Source: Antedon mediterranea (taxonomy: Eukaryota; Animalia; Echinodermata). From it: a stretch of DNA of 64,000 nucleotides. The stretch is taken from NCBI RefSeq assembly GCF_964355755.1, contig NC_092676.1:20540871-20604870 (forward strand), written 5' to 3'. Made by a program: the position numbers and the translations under genes. The notes beneath the pieces are model-generated. The model saw only the letters and a program-made list of their open reading frames with translations, did not search any database and had not been told where the DNA came from. Of the stretch, positions 39,896-50,661 are shown piece by piece. Numbering within the stretch: position 1 is the first letter of the stretch; each line of letters begins with the position of its first letter.

Positions 39896-42800
39896 CTATG
39901 CTAAATGTTGTATATTGGGCACATATCCAAAACAAGATACATCTACAACTGTAGTTATCGATATCTTTTTCTGTTGCATTGGTGAGCCCCATTTTATGTA
40001 GTCAGATGAATAGTTATGCTTAGTGTCTTGACATGGATTTTGCAATGTTTTGACAATAGGAGGTATTCTGATTGTTGCGTATGTATAGCCAGCTGTATCG
40101 TCTACCGATAGTATATTTGACGCAATTGAAACGTGTGACGCCGCAGTTGGGGATATTTTAGATGATTTAGATAATACAGATGACGGCGTTACCTGTGACG
40201 ATAATAGTATTTGTGACGATATTTGTGACGCACTGGACCGTCTTTGTGACGCATACGACACTTCTGGGGGAGATGACGGTGCGTGTGAGAAAGATACGGG
40301 AGAGTACTGCACTGCACTTGAAACACCAGTTGTTGTGGATGGCGTATCTGCCGTTGCAAATGACTTTGACTGTAACGGTAACTCCGGTAAACTTGGCCGT
40401 GTTCTTAACTCGTCAAATATCTCCTTTTCTCTCGGAGCTATTGTGTATGAGTCTTCATTGCCATATTTTGCTTTCCATGCTAACAGCTGTATACGTGCAT
40501 AAATAAAAGAACAAAACACGTTTTTTAATTCTAGTTATTTTCTGTGTCTGTAAACGTTTAAAAAGTTTGATAGTGTGCGTTTTAAACTCTTTCAAACATT
40601 TTATATACCTTATTGTTAGGTAATCATAATCTAGTATAGTAAATATTGTATGTACATAATATGTATTCTTAATCAATTCCTTTCTGTTTTAACCCAATCT
40701 CAATATAGGTCAATAAAACATTTTTTTTAATAATCATTATCTTTATCATCATCAGCATCATTATCATCATCATATCGTCGTCATCATCTTATTTAGCATC
40801 AACACCATCATCATCATCTTCTTTATCATTAGGACCATCATCATCCTTATTATCATCATCATAATTCAATTTTATTCCATGTTAAGAAATAGAGCACTAC
40901 GCCATTGGTAATCATTGAAACCGCTGGGAAACAAATCATAATATAGGAAAGTGCACTATTGAGTACATTCGCTATCTATACTACTTAATTCAGCATTCAG
41001 AATGGTATTTTGTCGTAATTTGTCAGTAGTAAATATAGTAAACACTATCAATAAAGGTAAACATTAATACAATTATTCAGACATGCCAACCTTCAATGAG
41101 GCTTTATTTTTTCGTCTTTCTTTTTTACTGTCATATATTCTTAATATACATACAATACTTCCTCCTACTCTTTGTAGTCAAGTTGACGTAAAGGTAACGG
41201 AAGCTTTTGTTTGTATCGTATCTTAATTGCGTCATTCTTAATTTATGTTACTATAATGTACTGAATATTGAGAATTGTAATTCAATGTAAGAGGTGTACC
41301 TTTTCTGCAACGTTTTGCGATATGATTTGATCTTCTTGCCATTTCTTGCGACACCAGCGGCTTACCGTACCGACAACTAAAGACACGGCTAACACAGCAA
41401 AGATAATGTAGATGATCTTATCCAAATATCTTGTTGATTTTGTTGTATTACTTATTGCTTGTTCTGGAATTAAAATGTTTTCTTGATGTTTGTATATGTC
41501 TTTTTTTAATTAATCCAGTTTATTTCCACTGTTAATTTTAAACACTATCGATTATATATTATTGATATTTTCTTCAGAAATATAACATGAAATGTATAAG
41601 CAATAAAACAATGCATATTGTCAATTTAAGAACAATCTTTATTGTCTAATAATCAAATTAGATAATGACACATTTAAAATTCACATAATTTGAACCTGCA
41701 ACCACCCGCTAGTAGCGACAATCATGCAGTATCGCGTTCTGACAGCAACATTTTCAACGCTTTTTTGCCACTCGGAAGTTTGTGATTCACCTTTACCATC
41801 AACAAACCTTGGTTCGAATCGAACCTCAGTGTGGTCGTTTAAATTCTGTTCCGGTGAGCTCTCATGGGAGATTCAAGGTGCTGGAGAGAACGGGGCGATG
41901 TAAAATGGTTCCCCTGCTTTTCTTCTTTTTAGTTTATCTTATGATATTTTATGGATCATTTTTGTGTGTAAAGAGCTTAGAAATATTTTATTATTTAGAG
42001 GGCTAGGAGTTGAGAGAGAGAGAGAATATTTTAGGAGTAGGGTGTTATTTGGCCATGTTGCTGTCAACCGACACGATCCTGCAGGATATTTGTCGCTACA
42101 CATACGATAATTGGCTGCTACTACAGGTCCTATATTTTGGAATATTGAAGAAACAAATTTAACTAATTTCATAAGAGACATGGCTTTAACATAAAAAAAA
42201 CCAGTTAAATTGCTCGTTTGCTGCAAATGAGGTAGAATTTTAAAGAGACTTAAATTTGAAGAAGAACTGCATTATTAACCTGTAGTTGTAACTGCTATCA
42301 CTGTGCTTCTGGTTTGTTTTTGATTATACCCGCCATACGTAGAGTAAGCTTCAATCTGGTATTTTGTGTCAGGTATCAGGTCGTCAAATTTAAATATTGA
42401 CTTTCCGTGTTTTAGTACCTATGAATGATAACGACAACAGTGGAGTATTTACATTCTAACTAACGTATCAGTTATACAAGCAGAAGGTTCCCAGTTCGAA
42501 TCTCGGTTAGAGCAGCTTTTTCTCATCCTTATAGATTTCCTTATCTTTATCGTATATCTATGATTTTCAGTATATCACCGAGCGGTTTAGAAATTGCGAA
42601 TTCTGATACTTTTGCATTTAATTCCGATTTCCTTTTTGAACTCAATGTTGCTATTAGTAACAATCTTTTTTTTAACATTTAAAATAAATGTATCTGCTAA
42701 TTACTCTGTTATTTCTGTATTTATCTTTTATGTTGGCTAATTAAATTTCAATGATTAACAATGTTGCGTAATAAATTTCCATAGCTTAATGATTTGTTTA

Positions 42801-44630
42801 TGTCTAAAGCTCTGTCTACACTATCAAACTTTATGTGAAAAAAAAATTTGGGCATATCACTACCATATTTAGACACATCACATTTTTTTGGTAGTGTAGA
42901 CAAAGCTTTACAGTGCATATTTTCATTTATTTATAAACGGCGTATTTACCTCTGTGTCTTCTGTTTGGTTTGATCTGTTCAGAAATAGGTAAGATGTGAT
43001 CCCGTACATATTTATATCCGGGTCATTCATCCTCATTCTCTCTTTACTGTTTTCCTTGATGTAAGGTGTCAGCGGATACACAATTTCACCAGATATGTTC
43101 GTACTTCCTTTGGAGTTGATCATAATTTTTAGTGGTCCCATTAAAGCTACCAAAAAATTGTAATTGTTTTACTAAAATAATAAGTGATAATCATTAAATG
43201 ATCAATTAATTAAGACTTTCCTATAAGGACATTCTGGAAAATATAAATGCATTCAACTACTAGTAATTATGTCAGGATTTCAGATCATGCTTTGGGTTGA
43301 ATGTCTGAATTCTATACTAATACGCAGAAATACTTTTGAGAAAATCAGCGACCAATTCTAGGAAATGCTTATTTCTTATTATACGTCAGTCGAAAGCTCC
43401 AAGCTAAAAGATACCTTACCTTCTGCCAAAATATCTTGTGTTGCTATACTTGACTCACTTTCGTTGCCTCTTGCGTAAGCCGTAACTTTAACATATCCGT
43501 TTTGTATAGACCTACTACGAGAATACTCGACTGTCCCAAAGACTTCAATGTGACATTGAAGCTGACGTATATTCTGACATCCACTTACTGGTTTCCAACT
43601 TAAACAATGATAATACAACCTCTATTAAGGAGATACTTTCGTAACCCTGTCAAGTGTTTCCTTAATAATGGATGCCCCCTGGTTAGTGGTTAGCAGTGTC
43701 GGAATGTATACATTATTTCCACCACCCGTTCTTTTTACGAGAAAGTGTCCCCTTAGTAGAAGTGTTGCCTAAACTGCTTATTTAATTATTTATTTCATTT
43801 TTTTTGTCCAAAAAGCAAACAAATCTACCCCAAGAATTGTAAAAGAGCTAACATATTCAGTTCAAATTATACCCTAAAAAAGGTAACAAGTACAAAAATA
43901 CAAAAATAATATACCTGTTGTAATATTCCCCGGATTCTACCGAATACGTCACATCTGTCATATTGCCAATATCCTCAGGAGGCAGCCATGATACCGTACT
44001 GTTCAAGTTAAATGTTTTTATTGTCACATTTCGTGGTTTGCTTATACCTGTCAACATCCATTTAACATGTGAAATGATTACAAAATTAAATTTTCAATGC
44101 GTAAATAAGCAAGTCAGGCTGTGATACTCAAATGCTCCTACCCAGGTCATCCACCCTTTTACTATATATTTGGTATAAATATAGTCACTGTTTTGACGAT
44201 ATGTTACGCGTTTTAATATACAATGTAAAAAAATAGGAACATTCAAAGTGGGATTGACTCTTAAGCTCTGTCTACTCTATCAAACTAGTTTGACAAAAAA
44301 AAATTGTGATGTGCCCAAATATGGCAGTGGTATGCCCAAACATGTAGTGATATGACATCATCATGCCCTTATATGGGCATTTTTGTTGGTCACATCAAGT
44401 TTGATAATGTAAACAAGGCTTTACCAGTTATTTTAGGCAGATGTCCGTAATTTTATATAATCATTTATATCGAGACATTTATGGGCACTTATGCTTCAAA
44501 ATAATGAAAACCGAAGGTTCCCAAAATACACAATGAAAAATGTAATAAAAAACAATGAATTACCTTCTGAGTTGCAGTTAAATACGATGAAAATAAGCAA
44601 CACTATGATATGCATTGACCACGATTCCAT
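39896..44630 (-). CDS. Class II helical cytokine receptor-like type I membrane protein (~489 aa; two FN3-type domains, TM, Ser-rich tail)
   Basis: Exons 44630-44564 (signal peptide), 44047-43915 (KPRNVTIKTFNLNSTVSWLPP...VTYSV), 43598-43420 (WKPVSGCQNIRQLQC), 43146-42950 (LMGP...PLTP), 42418-42280 (DDLIPDTKY), 41463-41300 (TM IIYIIFAVLAVSLVVGTV), 40486-39896. These join into one open frame of 1470 nt with intron phases 1-2-1-0-1-0. Confidence 0.82.
40730..40863. repeat. Degenerate (CAT)n microsatellite
   Basis: CATCATCAT runs in intron 6 of the receptor gene. Confidence 0.8.
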
Positions 44631-44668
44631 GTTTCAGAACTAAATAAAAATCAATAACTATAATGTTA

Positions 44669-44805
44669 AGCTCTGTCTACACTATCACACTTTATGTGAC
44701 AAAAAAAGTAATGCGTCCACATATGGACATGATGATGTCATATCACTATTATATTTGGGCAGATCACATTTTTTGTCACACTAGTTTGATAGTGTAGACA
44801 GAGCT
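44669..44805. mobile_element. Palindromic PIF/Harbinger-like MITE (best copy); family members at ~560-672, ~10860-10975, ~21310-21395, ~27498-27560, 42808-42907, 44264-44420, ~56250-56392
   Basis: TTA|AGCTCTGTCTACACTATCA ... TGATAGTGTAGACAGAGCT|TTA gives a perfect 19-bp TIR and a 3-bp TWA target duplication. Confidence 0.85.
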
Positions 44806-45683
44806 TTATCACAGTAAAATCTACTTTTTCTTGTTATATTATGATTAAATATTTCAACAACAAAAAAAGATTGGTGACCAGTAACCCTATAATTCACAAG
44901 ATTTTCTTTGTTTGTTTCGAGTTTGCTGGAATCTTAACAATTGAATATAATAGTCGAATACATCCGCACAGAATGTTAGGCAGATTTAAAAACCTTAAAA
45001 ATAAAAAAAGAAAAAAGAAAAAAAAGAAGAAAAACCAAGCTTAACTGACGACAAACTACATGGATAATTGGAACACAGCTGGAAGAAACACAAACTATCC
45101 GGAGATTTATTTATTAAAATGTAATTGGTAAATGAAAAATATGTTTTACGCGCACGCAAATTATGCGTTGTGCGCAGTAAAAATACTTACTTTTTGACTA
45201 CGATAGGCATGCTTTAATAGAAGTAATGTGTTACTGTTTCTCCATTGTGTGTTTTATATTGAATAGAACGAGTAAAAGAAAAATGAAACGACTATTTGTA
45301 AAAAAGATGATCAATGGTTGATGAATATGCATATACTTTAAAAGTTAATTAAAAAAGTTAAATCATAACAAACCGAAATATAAAAGCAATTAAATATGAA
45401 ACACAAAGGCCGTTAATGCATTGCGAAGTTAATAAATTGTGTTTTTATCTTCTTTCGACTCATTTACTTTGTCGGTTTTAAGTTATGTGCATTATTAATT
45501 ATCAGTTTCGATTGATTGTGATGAGTTGGTCGAGGTCAAAGTAATGGGGCTACCAGCTATACAAAAAAACATGACACGATGAGAATATATCGCGTGTATT
45601 TGTACTGTGTTTAAAATTAATCAGGTCACACATTTTGCTGTGTCATGTTTTATATAGAGATTCATATTAGCCAATGTTCGCGT

Positions 45684-45964
45684 GTCGCACGCATTTAACA
45701 CGCGATGCAACTGTAAATGCGTTTGACTACCGCTGGACAGATTGAAATCAAATAACGGTATGCGTAATAAAGCCATGTTTCGTAGAACTTTCAGTCAATT
45801 CTGCTCACTTTTTGTGACCGGCAGTATCATTCGTTTTCGTCTTTAATATAATCTGGATAGCCTATTGGTGTATACTTAAAACATCTTTAAACAATAAACA
45901 ATTAATGTTTACAGTCCATAGTCCTATCACATTGATGTTTTCTCCAAGCATACTTCATTATGTA
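45684..45964 (+). repeat. ~280-bp direct repeat near both ends of the tRNA array (second copy 48360-48636)
   Basis: GTCGCACGC.TTTAACAC.CGATGCAACTGTAAATGCG...CATAC...ATGTA occurs twice, each time followed by a deleted tRNA copy. Confidence 0.85.
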
Positions 45965-46028
45965 GTCATGATGGCCGAGCGGTCGCAGTCTACTCTTGTA
46001 GGCGTGGGTTTGAATCCCACTTCTGACA
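45965..46028 (+). pseudogene. tRNA-Leu(CAG) pseudogene, 20-nt internal deletion
   Basis: GGTC is joined to GCAGTC and the anticodon arm is lost. Confidence 0.85.
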
Positions 46029-46478
46029 TTACTCTTTTCGTATTTTACTTAAACAGGATATTGTATTGTCCCCAAAAAACATGAAAAATGAAGATTAATT
46101 AAATCAGACTTTGAATAGGTTATTTTGTAGTTTTAATAAAGTTCTTTTCTTCTCATATAAACTGACAAAATAAATTGTCAAATTCAATCAAAAACCCATT
46201 GGCTGGCAGTCAATTTGACTATTTTATGCTTTAAATTACAGTTTTTTTTTTCAGGTAAATAATTTTTCGATTCAATTTTTATTCAAAGTGGATAACTATT
46301 GTGTGTCATTAAAATGGCATATTAAAAAAATGTAAACAATTATTTTTTTAGGGGAACAATACCTCTTTTAAGAAATATTTATTATAGGCAGCCATCTGAA
46401 TCATTTATTCCATTCAGAGTTCGTAAGCTTTACCATATGTTGTCCTCACAAAAACTGTTTTACATATTATTGGCCTAA

Positions 46479-46555
46479 GTCAAGATGGCCGAGCGGTCTA
46501 AGGCAGATCGCAGAGTCTACTCTTATATGCGTGGGTTCGAATCCCACTTCTAACA
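46479..46555 (+). pseudogene. tRNA-Leu(CAG) pseudogene, ~9-nt deletion plus substitutions
   Basis: TAAGGC|AGATCGCAG junction. Confidence 0.85.
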
Positions 46556-46723
46556 ATACTCTTTTCGTATTATTTTTACGTTATTTTGCATATTAAATTT
46601 GGCTTAAAACAAGGATTTTAGAATAAAGTCTCTATTATAGATACCCACCTGAATAAGTGTTTTACGTTCACAGTTCATATAGGCCTTTCCATCTATTGCC
46701 CTCATAAAAAATTTGAAGATATA

Positions 46724-46794
46724 GTCAGGATGGCCGAGTGGTCTAAGGTCGCAGTCTACTGTTGTAGGCGTGGGTTCGAATCCCACTTCTGACT
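46724..46794 (+). pseudogene. tRNA-Leu(CAG) pseudogene, 13-nt deletion
   Basis: TAAGG|TCGCAG junction (AGG microhomology). Confidence 0.88.
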
Positions 46795-47129
46795 TAGTTT
46801 CACATTGAGTTTTTCTAATTACACACTAATCAATCATGTTGTTAATTCACTGGTATGGTATTCTTAAACAGTATTTATTTAGGCACATCTGATTCAACCT
46901 CAAATTTCTAATGAAAATGTTTAATTTATTCAGTTTAAACTTTTGAAACATTTAGGCTTTTCCATGTTGATGTATTTCCGCACAAAAATACTAAGCATGT
47001 GGTCAGGATGGCCGAGAGGTCTAAGGCAAAATTAAAGTCTATATAATGAATATCCACGAGAATCAATTTACGTTCACAGTTCATATAGGCCTTGCCATCT
47101 ATTACCCTAACAAACAATTTGAACATATA

Positions 47130-47206
47130 GTCAGGATGGCCGAGTGGTCTAAGGTTCAGGTCGCAGTCTACTCTTGTAGGCGTGGGTTCGAATCCTACTT
47201 CTGACA
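47130..47206 (+). pseudogene. tRNA-Leu(CAG) pseudogene, 7-nt deletion
   Basis: TAAGG|TTCAGG junction; the 5' strand of the anticodon stem is lost. Confidence 0.88.
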
Positions 47207-47371
47207 TAGTTCTTTTGTATTTTACGCTATTTTACATATTATATTTGACTTAAAACAAAGATTTTGAAATTAAAGTCTATATAATGAATATCCACCAGAA
47301 TCAATTTACGTTCACAGTTCATATAGGCCTTGCCATCTATTACCCTAACAAACAATTTTAACATACATATA

Positions 47372-47455
47372 GTCAGGATGGCCGAGTGGTCTAAGGCGCT
47401 GCGTTCAGGTCGCAGTCTACTCTTGTAGGCGTGGGTTCGAATCCCACTTCTGACA
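47372..47455 (+). tRNA. tRNA-Leu(CAG)
   Basis: 84-nt GTCAGGATGGCCGAGTGGTCTAAGGCGCTGCGTTCAGGTCGCAG...GGTTCGAATCCCACTTCTGACA with a full cloverleaf, long variable arm and a downstream T-run. Confidence 0.96.
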
Positions 47456-47618
47456 TTATTCTTTTCGTATTTTACGCTATTTTACATATTATATTTTGAC
47501 TTAAAACAAAGATTTTGAAATTAAAGTCTATATAATGAATATCCACCAGAATCAATTTACGTTCACAGTTCATATAGGCCTTGCCATCTATTACCCTAAC
47601 AAACAATTTGAACATATA

Positions 47619-47702
47619 GTCAGGATGGCCGAGTGGTCTAAGGCGCTGCGTTCAGGTCGCAGTCTACACTTGTAGGCGTGGGTTCGAATCCCACTTCTGA
47701 CA
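47619..47702 (+). tRNA. tRNA-Leu(CAG)
   Basis: Intact copy 247 bp after the previous one, with one variable-loop change. Confidence 0.95.
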
Positions 47703-47865
47703 TTATTCTTTTCGTATTTTACGCTATTTTACATATTATATTTTGACTTAAAACAAAGATTTTGAAATTAAAGTCTATATAATGAATATCCACCAGAATC
47801 AATTTACGTTCACAGTTCATATAGGCCTTGCCATCTATTGCCCTCATAAACAATTTGAAGATATA

Positions 47866-47949
47866 GTCAGGATGGCCGAGTGGTCTAAGGCGCTGCGTTC
47901 AGGTCGCAGTCTACTCTTGTAGGCGTGGGTTCGAATCCCACTTCTGACA
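47866..47949 (+). tRNA. tRNA-Leu(CAG)
   Basis: Intact copy, 247-bp period. Confidence 0.96.
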
Positions 47950-48115
47950 TAGTTCTTTTGTATTTTACGCTATTTTACATATTATATTTGACTTAAAACA
48001 AAGATTTTGAAATTAAAGTCTATATAATGAATATCCACCAGAATCAATTTACGTTTCACAGTTCATATAGGCCTTGCCATCTATTACCCTAACAAACAAT
48101 TTTAACATACATATA

Positions 48116-48199
48116 GTCAGGATGGCCGAGTGGCCTAAGGCGCTGCGTTCAGGTCGCAGTCTACTCTTGTAGGCGTGGGTTCGATTCCCACTTCCGACA
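48116..48199 (+). tRNA. tRNA-Leu(CAG), full length but variant (A4:C69 acceptor mismatch); possibly a pseudogene
   Basis: Three substitutions relative to neighbours: TGGCCTAAG, TTCGATTCC and TTCCGACA. Confidence 0.75.
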
Positions 48200-48636
48200 T
48201 TTTTCTTTTCGTATTTTACGCTATTTTACATATTATATTTGACTTAAAACAAAGGTTTTAAAGTTAAAGTCTTTATTATAAATATCCACTTCAATCAATT
48301 TACGTTCACAGTTCATATAGGCCTTACCATCTATTACCCCCACAAACATTTTGACTATAGTCGCACGCGTTTAACACACGATGCAACTGTAAATGCGTTT
48401 GACAACCGCTGGACAGATTGAAATCAAATAACGGTATGCGCAATAAAGCTATGTTTTGTAGAATTTTCAGTCAATTGTGGTCACTTTTTGTGACCGGCAG
48501 TATCATTTGTTTTCGTCTTTAATATAATCTGGATAGCCTATTGGTGTATACTTAAAACAATAATAATAAATAATTAATGTTTACAGTCCATAGTCCTATC
48601 ACATTGATGTTTTCTCCCAGCATACGTTAACATGTA

Positions 48637-48694
48637 GTCAGGTTGCCCGAACGGTCTACTCTCGTAGGCGTGGGTTCGAATCCCACTTCTGACA
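48637..48694 (+). pseudogene. tRNA-Leu(CAG) pseudogene, 26-nt deletion
   Basis: GGTCTA|CTC junction (GTCTA microhomology). Confidence 0.82.
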
Positions 48695-50661
48695 TTTTTT
48701 TCATATTCAGTTTCTTTTGCTAATTTTGCTAAATCTTACGCTATTTTACATATTATATTTGTGTCTTATTTTTTATAAATACGTTCACAGTTCATATAGT
48801 CAGGATGTTTTCATATTGAGTTTTGCTAATTACACATTAATCAATTATGGTATATTCACCATGCTATCGGGTATTATTCACTAGTATGGTATTCTTAAAC
48901 AGTATATTTATTTTAGGCACATCGTCAAATGTTCTAACCTGTTGATGTAGTTCTCTACCAATCTGACTCTATTTATACTGCATAACAACAATTTTACTTT
49001 ATCAGTTATATTTGTTGAATGTTCAAACAGGACTTTACCGGATGGTCAGACAGAAGGGTTGAACCATGGACTCCGTGGTCTGTGTATCTATATTATATCT
49101 GTATCAGATCTCTAAAATATCAATATCTGTGATCTGTAAATACGCACAGCAGTAGTAGGCCTTAGTCTAATTTTCTAGAGAACACAGCATTTTTCTAGTC
49201 GTGTTTAAATCATGATCTCAATACAATGTATTGGTCAATATTTAATTTTAAATTTATAGTGAGAAGAAGTAACATTTCTGTATCATTGCTTCGAGTGTGA
49301 TAGGAGTGTATTATTCATGTAAAACAACTAATGTTTACGTATGCCTAAAGCATTTTGTCTCGTGAAAATTAGCCATCGAAATTTACGAAAAAGATAAAAA
49401 AGCAAAATAATGATTATTTTTAGTCATATTAATTGGCACCAAGTATGACTTCACTTAATTATGTAGCCCTTGGAGTTCACTCGAGATGCACGCGCGAATA
49501 GCTGTGTTTGATGGATAGGATGTTTGAATATAGTACGGTATCTGACTACAATACTAATGAGGCAATTCATCCCCCGATTAATTCGTATGCATAGGTCTGT
49601 CACTACATAATCACACAATTACTGTAATCTGAAAAACTTATGAACCTTTGGAACATAAGTTAAGGGCAATGTTTTGTTTATCATTGTGCTTAAATGAAGA
49701 TTTAATAAGCTGGAAAATCCAAGTTTTGGGTGTTGCTCCAAAATGTGTTCCTCCGTGGTTTTAGTTATCAAAACTGAAACTGAGCAACTTCACAGCTTTA
49801 AGTCAATTAACTAGTTGTTACGATGTATACCAACCTAAATCTAGAGGAAAGAAAATATACAGTGACGTAGGCCTATCCCTATTTAAGATTTAATCTGTGA
49901 AAACATTTATAAAAGCTAATTTCACTTGATTTTGGTATGGGTGTCTTTCATGTTTATTACCCCAGTCGTACAGAATAATGATTGATAATGACGTAAGTTA
50001 TCATCCACAACACCATTATCATCATTGACACGGTTGACATTATCAATGTTTCAGTGCTGAAGTTACAATATATGAAGTGCCTAGGTGAAAATTGAAGCCT
50101 TACAAACCAGTTACTTTTTTTCTAAGGTGCAACAACAATATTTTAGAATATTTTTGAATTTGGATTACACAAAACCATTTTTTATAAGATTTTATTCTAA
50201 ATTTTGATTGATAAATCCGATCCCGGTGCTAAATCGCTAAAATTATCTCGTAGATATTGAACTTTACAGGACAAGCACAAGATAAGACAGTGGCTTGTAA
50301 GAGATGTCTCTCTGCTCATTATCAGCACATTTTAATCTTTCTAGTTAATATTTTGCTAAATAGAGATTTGCTACCTACAAATCAGAGGTGTTAATCAGAT
50401 CACGTGACCCAAAAATTACCTGGCGTACCCCGTCTCTGTACTAGGTACGCAATATCAAAGTGAACTATAACTTATGCTCGTTACAGATTGTTCCGATACC
50501 GACAGACTCTTACGTATATTATACAGTGGTCGGGTTTCGGTTTTAAAATCCTTCTCTTTTTAAGAAAAGGAGTGTTGTATATTTGTAAATTAGCATAATA
50601 AGTTAAATACTGTACAGATTAAGTTTTTTTTGTAATTGGAATACGAACCCATGTGTCCACA

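Noticed and set aside
40180-40506. 108-aa hydrophobic ORF on +
   Set aside because: It is the antisense shadow of the Ser-rich last exon of the receptor gene.
41690-42226. Extra receptor exon or THAP-like remnant (NYRMCSDKY) in intron 5
   Set aside because: The frame closes at 41939 with no convincing donor, and exons 5 and 6 join in phase without it. The THAP resemblance is too weak to call.
42465-42520. tRNA gene (GTTCGAATC B-box followed by a T-run)
   Set aside because: There is no 5' half or cloverleaf; at most a SINE or tRNA remnant.
46604-47207. ORFs MGFEPTPT.../MSEVGFEPTPT...
   Set aside because: These are antisense translations of tRNA-Leu copies.
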